Positions 46,074 through 56,594 of a stretch of DNA of 64,000 nt are shown in pieces. Position 1 is the stretch's first letter; every line of letters starts with the position of its first letter. Made by a program: the position numbers and the translations under genes. The notes under the pieces are model-generated. The model made no database searches, was not told the origin of the DNA, and saw only the letters and a list, made by a program, of their open reading frames with translations. Origin of the DNA: Bacteroidota bacterium (GTDB lineage Bacteria; Bacteroidota; Bacteroidia; Bacteroidales; FEN-979); contig VGGL01000004.1 of assembly GCA_016868575.1 (NCBI GenBank), positions 3,062 to 67,061 of the forward strand, in the 5' to 3' direction.

Positions 46074-46209
46074 TTACAATTGACGATTGAATTGACGATT
46101 GAAGATTGACAATTGATCTGATACTTGGCGTTTGGCACTTGACACCTGGCACTTGACACCTGGCACTTGACACCTGGCACTTGACGCTTGACACTTGACA
46201 CCTGACACT
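46074..46209. repeat. Heptamer tandem array immediately downstream of tmRNA
   Basis: 13 consecutive in-phase heptamers span 46119-46209 (TGATACT TGGCGTT TGGCACT TGACACC TGGCACT TGACACC TGGCACT TGACACC TGGCACT TGACGCT TGACACT TGACACC TGACACT). A related series precedes them from 46081 (TGACGAT TGAAT TGACGAT TGAAGAT TGACAAT TGATC). Confidence 0.85.
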
Positions 46210-46785
46210 TATCTGAAGTTATCTTTTCATCCGCTTACATCGGATAGGTGGAAAGATATTGAAACGTTATTCGGGCCCCTGGGCGCCTGTGGTGGCTGCT
46301 GGTGTATGAGTTGGCGGTTGAAGCGGGCTGATTTTCTGCGGCAAAAGGGGGAAGGAAATAAATGGGCACTCAAAGAAATCGTTGATTCCGGAGAAGCCCC
46401 GGGGATCATCGCCTATGACCGGGATCAACCGGTTGCCTGGTGTTCATTCGCTCCAAGAGAATCATTTCCCGCCTTACAGCGATCCCGAACCCTTGCACGC
46501 GTGGACGATCAACCGGTATGGTCGGTTGTCTGCTTCTTTATCCTAAAACCATATCGAAACATAGGGGTTTCGGCAGGGTTACTATCAGCCGTTATTCAAT
46601 ATGTGAAGGAACACGGCGGGAAGATCATCGAAGGATATCCAGTTGAACCCATGAAGGGCAGATGGCCGGATGTTTTCGCCTGGACCGGACTTTCATCATC
46701 CTTCCGGAAAGCAGGATTTGTGGAGGTGCAAAGACGCACACCTACCAGGCCGATTATGAGGTATTATATCGAAGGACAGGAATGA
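46195..46785 (+). CDS. GNAT-family N-acetyltransferase
   Basis: 196 aa. Strings FGPLGACGGCWCMSWRL and ...FFILKPYRNIGVSAGLLSAVIQYVKEHGGKIIEGYP form a GNAT core. No ATG is available. The track start is a TTG inside the heptamer array, so the start is uncertain. Confidence 0.65.
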   Translation: MTPDTYLKLSFHPLTSDRWKDIETLFGPLGACGGCWCMSWRLKRADFLRQKGEGNKWALKEIVDSGEAPGIIAYDRDQPVAWCSFAPRESFPALQRSRTLARVDDQPVWSVVCFFILKPYRNIGVSAGLLSAVIQYVKEHGGKIIEGYPVEPMKGRWPDVFAWTGLSSSFRKAGFVEVQRRTPTRPIMRYYIEGQE

Positions 46786-47780
46786 TCTTCCCGCGATATG
46801 TTAGTACAATCGAGAGAATCGATATAACATTCAGAACAGCCATGACCGATCTAAGAAAGGAAAAACCGGTAAATTACCTGGTTGAGCACGATAAACCCGG
46901 GCGGCGAATTGAAACATTCAGGGATTGCCACTGGGGAGAATTGATTCTCCCCGCAGCAGGGGAGAACCCGGAAAAAACAGCTGAAGGCATGCGTATAGCC
47001 TTGTTTTGCAGTTGGGAGTTTGGCTACCTTGTGTTGCAGACCCTCAAGGAATTCGAACATCGCTTCCCTTCCCGGCTTAACCTTGTAGGATTGGTGACGG
47101 ACAACCCGGTAAATCACGATGCACGGATCTCTATGAAGAAACGTATCTGGAGGTTTTTCAACCGCCCGAAGCAGGTTGCAATGGAAACCCATATCATCGA
47201 GCAGGGGCTGTCACACGGCTTGCCGGTGTTTCCCGGAGAGGTAAAGACAGAATCATTTCATGCTACACTTGCCGGATGGCGCCCGGATGTTATCCTGATG
47301 TGTGTCTTTGGACAGCTTGTTGATGCGGATATTCTCAGCATGCCTCCATACGGCATGTACAACTTTCATCCCTCCGACCTGACACTGCACATGGGTGCAG
47401 GCCCTTCACCGTACGATGACCTCGTGAACCACGATGCAGCTACCACGGTGTAGTCCGTGCACCAGGTCACGGAAGAAATTGATGCCGGCGCAGTGGTGGG
47501 ACAGTCTCCACCGACGAATGTCAGGAACACATCCGGTAAAATTCCTGGAAATTGCCTTATCGTGTACGACAAACTTTCCGAGCCATTATGCAGACTGACT
47601 GTCGCAATGGTGGAAGAATTGGTCAATCGATATGAAAGAGGAGAAAAAGGTCTGCTTGCACATGCCGATCTAATTGCCCGTTATACCCCGGAGGAGAAAG
47701 CGAAGTTGATGCAACCCATTACTGCAACAATTCCGATGGAAGTTTTTCCTGAGGTTGACAATAGTGTGTTTGATTACTGA
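46782..47780 (+). pseudogene. Formyltransferase-like gene interrupted by one in-frame TAG (47451-47453)
   Basis: ORFs 46662..47453 and 47457..47780 are in the same frame, separated only by TAG-TCC. Upstream of the stop is MRIALFCSWEFGYLV (Fmt-like N-terminus) and the catalytic YNFHPSDL (N-x-H). Downstream is VHQVTEEIDAGAVVGQ (catalytic Asp). The start is uncertain, with candidates at 46782, 46842 or 46989. Confidence 0.6.
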
Positions 47781-47952
47781 AGGTAATTCGATTTCCGAAT
47801 AAGATAATTTGGGATTTTAGATTGCATTGAAAGTTTACGAGATTGACGAATGAGTGGATCAAAGGTTGTGGGTTCCATAGCTAAATCCGGCTAATTGTAC
47901 CCTTGAATGATCAGAAAACCAGGATCGCCAAATCCGCCAGGTCATCGGCCTC

Positions 47953-47979
47953 TTCATTCTTCATTATTCATTCTTCATT

Positions 47980-47980
<1 letters not shown>
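47953..47980. repeat. Short heptamer array (4 units)
   Basis: TTCATTC TTCATTA TTCATTC TTCATTT, abutting the aguA stop codon. Confidence 0.6.
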
Positions 47981-49025
<1,045 letters not shown>

Positions 49026-49029
<4 letters not shown>

Positions 49030-49916
49030 TCTTCTTCGATGAGTCGGTTGGTAATGGGTCCATAAGTATCGATCCGCCGGTCACGCAGGAAAGGCCAGTG
49101 TACCCGGTATTCATCACTCTGAGTGAGGCTTACCTCCTGAACATGCACCACCTCCTGATCCTGCGGAGCCTCGAAAAGGATCTGTCCGAAGGCATCGCAC
49201 ATGAATGAACCTCCCCAAAAGTGCATATCACCTTCCCATCCGGTGCGGTTGACGGCAACCACCGGGATGCCGTTGGCTATGGCATGGCTGCGCTGGATGG
49301 TTTGCCAGGCCTGGTATTGCGCCCGGTTCACCGCTTCATCCTGCGACCGGGCCCATCCGATGGCGGTAGGGTAAAAGAGTATTTCCGAGCCTTTGAGGGC
49401 AGTTATCCTGGCGGCTTCAGGGTACCACTGATCCCAGCAGATCAAGGTGCCGAGCTTCCCAAACTTGGTTTGGAAAACCCGGTAACCGGTATCTCCGGGT
49501 GAAAAATAGAACTTTTCATAGTACCCGGGGTCATCGGGGATATGCGCCTTCCGGTACTTTCCCAGGTAACGGCCATCGGCATCGATCACGGCAACGGTGT
49601 TGAAATACAGACCGTTCAATGCTTTTTCGAACAGGGAAGCGATGATCACAATGCCGGTCTCTTTAGCCAGTTGCTGCAGTTGTTCAGTAAGTGGACCCGG
49701 GACGGATTCAGCCAGTTTGAAATGGTCGTATGATTCGGTGTGACAAAAATAGGTGGTGGCAAACAATTCCTGGAGGCAGACGACCTGTGCGCCCAGGTTG
49801 GCGGCTTCCCTGATCCTGCTGAATGTGCGGAGGATGTTTTCATCCCGCTCAGGGCTGCAGGCTGCCTGGATAATTCCGATCCTGATCATGTGTGGACATT
49901 TTCTCTTACCGGCCAA
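49026..49916 (-). CDS. aguB: N-carbamoylputrescine amidase
   Basis: 296 aa. The nitrilase-superfamily E-K-C triad contexts are VCLQELF, YRKAHIP and LICWDQWYPE. It overlaps aguA by 4 nt. Confidence 0.9.
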
Positions 49917-49969
49917 AATTAAGAAAAATGAACAGGGAAAACGGTGAAAGCGGGATCAATTTAAAATGA

Positions 49970-49977
49970 TAATTTTG
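49970..49977 (+). promoter_or_regulatory. Bacteroidota -7 box (TAnnTTTG)
   Basis: TAATTTTG, 19 nt upstream of the TTG start at 49996. Confidence 0.45.
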
Positions 49978-49995
49978 CCTGAAACTCCTTGATCA

Positions 49996-52353
49996 TTGGA
50001 ACCACGCCGGATCATCCGACTATGTGTTTTCTTACTGGCCTTGCTGGTACTGGCTTCCTGCAGTGTTACACGAAAACTGCCGGAAGGACAATATCTGCTG
50101 AAAAAGAGCACCATCAAGATTGATAACAGGAAAATCCTCAAAGATGACCTTTCCGGTTACATTCAACAGACACCCAACAAGAAGTTCCTTGGGGTATTCA
50201 GACCCAACATCATGTTGTATCAATGGTCTTTAAAGGGAGATGAGACAAAATTCAAGCGGTGGGTACGGAAAGCCTTTGGCTCTCCGCCTGTCATCGCCGA
50301 CTCCATGATGGCAATGAGTTCTGCCCGGCAGATGAAGCTTTTTGCCATCAACAAGGGGTATTTTCATGCAAAGACGGCTGTTTCAATAAAGAAAAAGCGC
50401 CGGAAGGCATCCATCTTATATCGCGTGGAAGCCGGAAGGCCATACACGATCAAACATTTGAACTTCAGTGTAGCTGACACCCATCTGGCCAGGTATTTTT
50501 ACATCGATACGGCACTATGCCTGATCCGTCGGGGCAACAATTACGATGCGTATACCTTTGATGATGAGCGGACAAGGATCACAACAGCACTGAAAGAACA
50601 TGGGTTTTACAATTTTTCGGAGGAATACATCAGTTATTCGATCGACAGCTCATTGAATTCCTACCAGGTGAATGTTACCCTCCGCCTGATGAATCCTGCC
50701 TACCTTGCTTCCGACGGAAGCGGAAAGATGATCGAATCAAGACATAAAAGGTTTTACCTCAACAACTTATATATTTTTACAGATTACAACATCCTCCTTC
50801 CTGATATCATCAAGTACGATACGCTTGTTAAGACATTCAGGCAATCGCCAAAATCACCGCCCAGCACCTATCATTTTTTATATCAGCGGCGGTTCCGGAT
50901 CAAACCTAACATTATTGGGCAATCGATCTTTCTCACCAACAATCAACCGGTGACTTTGAGGGATGTAAAGCAATCATACCGTCAGTTGACAGGCCATCCT
51001 ATCTTCAAGTATGTGAATATTTCGTTGAATGAAACCAGGACTGATACTTCCAGGGTGAGCACCAAGGGGTACCTGGATGGTAAGATCCACCTGGCCAAGT
51101 CACAATTGCAGTCCTTTGGCGTTGAGGCTGATGGTACCAACTCGGGCGGCGCATTTGGCGTGCAGGGAAACTTATATTACCAGAACAGGAATATTTTCCG
51201 GGGTGCACAGGTGTTGAAGCTCAACCTGACCGGTAAATTGCAGATGCAGCCTTCTTCAGGGGTTGGCGACAAGAATGTATATCTGTTTTTCAATGCCATC
51301 GAGTTGGGCGCTAATGCCAATCTTACCTTTCCGCAGTTTCTGTTACCCATCCGGGCTGAGCGGGTCAGCAAGTATTTTAAGCCCAAAACGCAGTTAAACC
51401 TGGGTTACAGCTATCAGCGGATGGAGCATTTCACCCGCCATCTATCAAATATCTCCTTTGGTTACTCATGGCTGCAGGGGGATGTTATCACCCATACCTT
51501 GAATCCGGCGGAAATACTGATGGTAAAGATCTTTACCGATTCGGCATTCGATGCCCAACTCGACAACCTCAAGGATACTCGCCTGAAAAACCAATATACC
51601 AACCACTTGGTTGCTGGTCTCAGGTACACCTTCACCTTTAACAACCAAAATATTGCCAATCTGCGCAACTTCTTCTACCTGCGGGCAAACCTGGAAACCG
51701 GTGGAAATCTTCTTTATGGCTTCGACCATTTGATCGGTGCGCCCAAAACTGCTGATGGTTCTTTTACCCTGCTGAATATCCGCTATGCACAATATGTCAG
51801 GCCGGAGGTTGATTTTCGTTTTTACCAGCTGATCGGGAAGAATACATCAATGGTGTATCGCATATATGGCGGCACAGGTATCCCTTATGGGAACTCCAAT
51901 GTCCTTCCATATGAAAAAGCGTTCAGTTCGGGTGGAGCCAATGGCATGCGGGGCTGGCGGATGCGCACCCTGGGTCCCGGCTCCTATGCCAACGATTCCA
52001 TCAGCCTGATTTTCGGGACGGTTGGAGATATTCAAATGGAAGCCAACCTGGAATACCGGTTTCCAATTTACTGGTACTTCAAGGGGGCATTATTTGTAGA
52101 TATCGGGAATATGTGGATGATGCGCTCTTCCACTGACTTTCCCGGAGGGGAATTTAAGTTCAGCCGGTTTTATAAAGAACTGGGTATTGACGTGGGTTTT
52201 GGGATCCGGTTTGATATCGGATTCTTCCTTTTCCGGATCGATCCGGCAATTTCATTGCATAAACCCTCCTTACCGGAGGGGGAACGGTGGCGGTTCTCGA
52301 AGTGGCAGTTGAAAGATGTGGTCTGGAATTTCGGGATCGGATATCCTTTCTGA
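49996..52353 (+). CDS. Omp85-family (BamA/TamA-like) outer-membrane protein
   Basis: 785 aa with a TTG start and an N-terminus LCVFLLALLVLASCSV (lipobox-like). POTRA-like repeats are followed by a C-terminal beta-barrel with FSSGGANGMRGW and the terminal GIGYPF. Confidence 0.75.
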   Translation: MEPRRIIRLCVFLLALLVLASCSVTRKLPEGQYLLKKSTIKIDNRKILKDDLSGYIQQTPNKKFLGVFRPNIMLYQWSLKGDETKFKRWVRKAFGSPPVIADSMMAMSSARQMKLFAINKGYFHAKTAVSIKKKRRKASILYRVEAGRPYTIKHLNFSVADTHLARYFYIDTALCLIRRGNNYDAYTFDDERTRITTALKEHGFYNFSEEYISYSIDSSLNSYQVNVTLRLMNPAYLASDGSGKMIESRHKRFYLNNLYIFTDYNILLPDIIKYDTLVKTFRQSPKSPPSTYHFLYQRRFRIKPNIIGQSIFLTNNQPVTLRDVKQSYRQLTGHPIFKYVNISLNETRTDTSRVSTKGYLDGKIHLAKSQLQSFGVEADGTNSGGAFGVQGNLYYQNRNIFRGAQVLKLNLTGKLQMQPSSGVGDKNVYLFFNAIELGANANLTFPQFLLPIRAERVSKYFKPKTQLNLGYSYQRMEHFTRHLSNISFGYSWLQGDVITHTLNPAEILMVKIFTDSAFDAQLDNLKDTRLKNQYTNHLVAGLRYTFTFNNQNIANLRNFFYLRANLETGGNLLYGFDHLIGAPKTADGSFTLLNIRYAQYVRPEVDFRFYQLIGKNTSMVYRIYGGTGIPYGNSNVLPYEKAFSSGGANGMRGWRMRTLGPGSYANDSISLIFGTVGDIQMEANLEYRFPIYWYFKGALFVDIGNMWMMRSSTDFPGGEFKFSRFYKELGIDVGFGIRFDIGFFLFRIDPAISLHKPSLPEGERWRFSKWQLKDVVWNFGIGYPF

Positions 52354-52368
52354 TCCTTTCTTTTCCAT

Positions 52369-53802
52369 TTACTGGATTGTATGTATTTTGATGAAGTTTG
52401 TGCCGCCCGGTTCGTTGGCAGGTATTCCCCCAACGACAAGAATCCTTTGACATGGTGATGCCAGATGCAACTTTTTAACTGTTTTCTCAGCCAGGTTGAT
52501 CAGGCCGTCGAAGGTTGATGGCGCCGCGGTGATATGAATGGGGTGAATTCCCCAGAGGAGGTTGAGCGCATGGTATCCGCGCAGGTCTTTGATCAAGGCA
52601 ATAATAGGCGTAGAGGGTCTTTCGGCAGCGACCAGTGTGGCGCTCTTCCCGCTGGTGGTCAGGACAACGATACAAGCCGGGCCGATCACGTCTTCGATCA
52701 TGTTTGCGGCATGGGCGATGGCATGGTTGTCGGTATGGCCTTTGGGCGGATAATTTTTGAAGATGATGTTCGCTTCCACTTCTGTTGCAATGCGTGCCAT
52801 CATCTCCACCGATTTCACCGGGAACTGTCCCATGGCCGACTCTCCGGAGAGCATCACGGCGTCGGTACCGTCAATGATTGCGTTGGCCACATCGCTGGCT
52901 TCAGCCCTTGTTGGCCGGGGTTCATGGATCATGCTCTCCAGCATCTGTGTGGCGGTGATAACGGGAATACCCCGGCGATTGCACAACTCAATGATCTTCT
53001 TCTGGAGCAGGGGAACCCGCTCCGGGCTGAGCTCCACCCCCAGGTCGCCCCGAGCGACCATGATACCGTCAGAAACGGAAATGATCTCCTCCAGATGTTC
53101 AATGGCTTGCGGTTTCTCTATCTTAGCAATGACGGGCTTGACGATGTTTTTCTTTCGAAGCATTTCCTGCAATTCGATCACATCTTGGGCGGATCGGACA
53201 AAACTGAGGGAAATCCAGTCAACATCCTGGGAAAGCCCGAATTCAAGGTCACGCAAGTCTTTGTCGGTTAGGGAAGGGAGCCGAAGATTCAGGTTTGGGA
53301 AGTTGACCCCTTTCCGTGAAGTCAGCATCCCGCCCTGGATCACTTCGCATAAAATCGTTGTAGCGGACACCCCAACTACTTTGAGTTCAAAAAGACCATC
53401 AGCCAGTAACACCTGCATTCCCTGTTTGGCCTCTTCAGATAGGAAGGGATAATCGATAGGGATCTCATCTGCTTTTCCTTTCCGGTCTTTTTCAAAAACC
53501 AGGCTCACCTTTTGTCCCGCCCGGAGTTCCATCCCTTTTGAATCTATCTTACCCACCCGAATCTTGGGCCCCTGCAAATCCTGAAGAATCGTTACTGGCT
53601 TCTGTAGCTCATCAGCAATCATGCGGAGGTTGGAGATCACTTCGTGGTGCTCATCATAGCTGCCGTGCGAGAAATTGATCCGGGCCACATCCATCCCTGC
53701 AAGGATCAACTGCCGGATGATCTCCGGGCTGCGGCTTGCCGGTCCGAGGGTGGCGACAATTTTTGTCCTTCGGAATGCTGGCTTATCAGGTAGTTGGCTC
53801 AT
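52369..53802 (-). CDS. pyk: Pyruvate kinase
   Basis: I place the start at ATG 53802 (MSQLPDKPAFRRTKIVATLGPAS). Strings ARINFSHG and MVARGDLGVE are present. About 477 aa. Confidence 0.9.
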   Translation of the reverse strand: MSQLPDKPAFRRTKIVATLGPASRSPEIIRQLILAGMDVARINFSHGSYDEHHEVISNLRMIADELQKPVTILQDLQGPKIRVGKIDSKGMELRAGQKVSLVFEKDRKGKADEIPIDYPFLSEEAKQGMQVLLADGLFELKVVGVSATTILCEVIQGGMLTSRKGVNFPNLNLRLPSLTDKDLRDLEFGLSQDVDWISLSFVRSAQDVIELQEMLRKKNIVKPVIAKIEKPQAIEHLEEIISVSDGIMVARGDLGVELSPERVPLLQKKIIELCNRRGIPVITATQMLESMIHEPRPTRAEASDVANAIIDGTDAVMLSGESAMGQFPVKSVEMMARIATEVEANIIFKNYPPKGHTDNHAIAHAANMIEDVIGPACIVVLTTSGKSATLVAAERPSTPIIALIKDLRGYHALNLLWGIHPIHITAAPSTFDGLINLAEKTVKKLHLASPCQRILVVGGIPANEPGGTNFIKIHTIQ

Positions 53803-53803
53803 G

Positions 53804-55111
53804 TTATTTTTTTGTTGTGATGGTCTGTAATCCAATTAATTGATCGTAGTCACTAGCATTGTTTCGAAAATAAAACAAGATGGCGTATTCATTGCCGGTC
53901 TCAAAGTGGTTCCCTTCGATGAGGCCATAATCTCGGGAAGGATCCCCTTTTTTCTTGAAGCTATACAGGTAGTTATAATAGCCTTGTTTAAGCAACACCT
54001 CCTTTTCATAGCATTTCGACTTGAAGTCGTAGATCATTCGCCCGTCTTCATAAGGGTGAAAGGCAACCGGTTTGCCGGTGATAAAAACGTCACCACCCAA
54101 CAGAGGTGCAGCATACGGCAAGGTAAAATGGACTCGGGCGTAGTCCGCCTCGGTATCATGGTTTCTTGCCCGGTCTTCACTTCTGATGATAAAGTTCCCG
54201 TTGATATCAGTTTCACTCTTATAGACCGTGAAAGGCCGGCGGAGGTCGTCCACGAGATAGATGTCATAACCATCGGGATCGGTGATAATCCGCCGTATCC
54301 GCATGCTCTGAGACTGCAGGCTTTTAATATCCACTTCACGGTATTCATTGATGCCGTCAAAAACCATGTTATCCAGGCTGTAGTCAATCTCCTGTCCTTT
54401 GACGTAACGGGGCTTAACTCCTGTGAACGCATCGTCCCAGGTGAAGTTTCGAATGATCGTGACCGACACATTGGTATATACATCATAGACCTGGAAGGCG
54501 CCTGTAAAGACTTTAAAAACAATTTGTTGCTGGTAATCTCGCCGGGTAACATCCACGGGTGCCTGAACTCTTCCCTCGATGGTCACTTTCGGGTCAAGGA
54601 CAAGGAAACGAGCGGTGAGAATGGTTTCATCACGATCAGGATCAAATACCCTAAGGATATAATTGCCCGAGATCTTTGGCCTCATGGTGGAAACGGGAAA
54701 TATCAACTGATAGTTCACATAGCTGATGGTGGTATTAAATGAATAATCGAACTGGCTGATTTGTTCAGTAGGATAGCCGGCGAGGTATTCGGAGACGTTC
54801 AGATCGGATGGCGTCCAGTCGGCATTGCAATGGATAAAAGTGTATGCATAATCCTTGTGTTCCGATCCCAATTCATCAAATTTCAGGATCAGGGATTCCA
54901 CTCCATTCAGGTTCATCACCGGTGGCGAAAGTTCGAAATCAACCGGGTGGAGCAGGATGGACTTTATGTCGGAGCGAAATGCGGAGTCGCGAAGTGTTGG
55001 AACTTGCTGCTGTATGCTGTCTGCTTCCCGGGCTGCAATCATGCCGGAGGTAAGAAGCAGGAGCACAGCAATCGAGAGAAACAATGACCCTTTTGATCTT
55101 CTATTTTTCAT
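53804..55111 (-). CDS. Secreted protein, DUF5103-like (possibly the T9SS plug-protein family)
   Basis: About 435 aa from MKNRRSKGSLFLSIAVLLLLTSGMIAA (signal peptide), beta-rich. The family assignment comes only from memory of size and strings (YSLDNMVFDGINEYREVD, DYARVHF), so confidence is low. Its stop is 1 nt before the pyk start. Confidence 0.5.
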   Translation of the reverse strand: MKNRRSKGSLFLSIAVLLLLTSGMIAAREADSIQQQVPTLRDSAFRSDIKSILLHPVDFELSPPVMNLNGVESLILKFDELGSEHKDYAYTFIHCNADWTPSDLNVSEYLAGYPTEQISQFDYSFNTTISYVNYQLIFPVSTMRPKISGNYILRVFDPDRDETILTARFLVLDPKVTIEGRVQAPVDVTRRDYQQQIVFKVFTGAFQVYDVYTNVSVTIIRNFTWDDAFTGVKPRYVKGQEIDYSLDNMVFDGINEYREVDIKSLQSQSMRIRRIITDPDGYDIYLVDDLRRPFTVYKSETDINGNFIIRSEDRARNHDTEADYARVHFTLPYAAPLLGGDVFITGKPVAFHPYEDGRMIYDFKSKCYEKEVLLKQGYYNYLYSFKKKGDPSRDYGLIEGNHFETGNEYAILFYFRNNASDYDQLIGLQTITTKK

Positions 55112-55223
55112 CCGGATTCTGGGTTGATGGTCAAACACAAGAATATATTTTTATACTTTTAACGATTTTTTTGCAAAATACATCATTTTCACAGATATTT
55201 GACGGTTAATTTTCTGTTACGGT

Positions 55224-56573
55224 ATGACTAAGACAGTTCGGTTACGCAAAGGCCTGGATATTAAACTATTGGGTAGCGCAGTCTGCTCTTTGGAACCGGC
55301 CAAGGCTTCTTATTATGCGGTCAAGCCACCCGATTTCCGTGGCATTCAGCCCAAACTTTCGGTGAAAGAAGGGGATGATGTCCTTGCCGGAAGCCCTGTA
55401 TTCCACGACAAAGCTGATCCTCGGATTTGTGTGGTCTCACCGGTAAGCGGAAAGGTTGAGGCGATTGTCAGAGGGGAGAAACGAAGTTTATTGGAGGTAC
55501 GGGTGAAATCTGATGATGCCATTCGGTATGTTGACCACGGTATATCTTCTCCGCAATCGATGAGCCGGGAGGAGGTACAGGAGAAGCTGCTCTTGGCAGG
55601 TTTGTGGCCAATGATCCGGCAGCGGCCATATTCCATTGTGGCGCAGCCCGGACATTTCCCAAAATCGATTTTCATCTCTGGTTTCAGCAGCGCACCCAAC
55701 GGGCCAGATTATGGATTCATTGTAAAAGGAAAGGGGCAAGCGCTTCAAACCGGTATTGATGCCTTGAAAAAACTAACTGATGGAATGATCCATCTCAACC
55801 TCCGGAAAGACGCGAACAATGAAGTTTTTGAGCAGATCAACGGGGTGACCCTGAATTATTTTTCAGGACCACATCCCGCCGGAAATGTGGGGATTCAGAT
55901 CCATCACATCGATCCGATCAACAAAGGCGATATCGTTTGGTATATCCATCCACAAGATTTGGTAACGATCGGCCGCTTCTTTCAGGAGGGAAAATATCTG
56001 GCAACAAAGACCATTGCCCTCACGGGTTCGGAAGTGTTGAAACCCGGTTATTTTGAAGTTCTTGCAGGTATCCGGGTGCAACCTTTGCTGCAACGTAATC
56101 TGACTAATTCCGGTGATATCAGGATCATCAGCGGAGATGTCCTGACGGGAAAAAAGATCGATGCAGATGGTTTCCTTGGATTCTATGATCATCAGGTTTC
56201 TGTGCTTCCGGAAGGAAACAAGCCGATCTTTTTCGGGTGGGCGATGCCCCAGTTATCCCGGTTCACCTTTTACCGTACCGATCTGTCGTGCCTTTTTCCC
56301 GCTAAAAAATACAGACTGAACACCAATTTCAATGGCGGCGAACGGGCGTATGTTGTTACCGGAGCCTATGAAAAGGTGCTTCCGATGGATATCCTTCCGA
56401 TGCAACTCATCAAGTCGATCCTCTATGAGGACATCGATCAGATGGAGAGCCTGGGTATTTATGAGGTGGATGAGGAAGATTTTGCCCTGTGCGAGTTTAT
56501 CTGTCCTTCAAAAACCGAAATTCAAACGATTATCCGGAAAGGATTGGACCTGATCCGGAAAGAAATGAATTGA
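55224..56573 (+). CDS. nqrA: Na+-translocating NADH:quinone oxidoreductase subunit A
   Basis: 449 aa. The N-terminus VRLRKGLDIKLLG is typical of NqrA. It is first in a six-gene nqr cluster. Confidence 0.9.
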   Translation: MTKTVRLRKGLDIKLLGSAVCSLEPAKASYYAVKPPDFRGIQPKLSVKEGDDVLAGSPVFHDKADPRICVVSPVSGKVEAIVRGEKRSLLEVRVKSDDAIRYVDHGISSPQSMSREEVQEKLLLAGLWPMIRQRPYSIVAQPGHFPKSIFISGFSSAPNGPDYGFIVKGKGQALQTGIDALKKLTDGMIHLNLRKDANNEVFEQINGVTLNYFSGPHPAGNVGIQIHHIDPINKGDIVWYIHPQDLVTIGRFFQEGKYLATKTIALTGSEVLKPGYFEVLAGIRVQPLLQRNLTNSGDIRIISGDVLTGKKIDADGFLGFYDHQVSVLPEGNKPIFFGWAMPQLSRFTFYRTDLSCLFPAKKYRLNTNFNGGERAYVVTGAYEKVLPMDILPMQLIKSILYEDIDQMESLGIYEVDEEDFALCEFICPSKTEIQTIIRKGLDLIRKEMN

Positions 56574-56594
56574 TCCTTATACAATATATTCTGA

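Noticed and set aside
45965-46201. 78-aa minus-strand ORF with VKCQVPG-like repeats
   Set aside because: It overlaps the tmRNA 3' end and simply translates the heptamer array, since 7 nt x 3 gives a 7-aa periodicity. It is not a gene.
46074-46209. The heptamer array as a CRISPR array or as stacked sigma-54 -24 boxes (TGGCAC)
   Set aside because: The units are 7 nt with no spacers, so this is not CRISPR. TGGCAC recurs, but no TTGC -12 element follows at the required 5-nt spacing.
47451-47453. Genome-wide TAG reassignment (for example pyrrolysine or a sense codon) as the explanation for the in-frame stop
   Set aside because: TAG terminates at least three well-supported genes in this window at the expected protein ends (pyrE, the biotin carrier gene and the DUF4783-like gene).
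55139-55223. A -7 promoter box for nqrA
   Set aside because: Only a 7/8 match (GATATTTG at 55194-55201) is present. It is plausible but below the standard I used for the other boxes.
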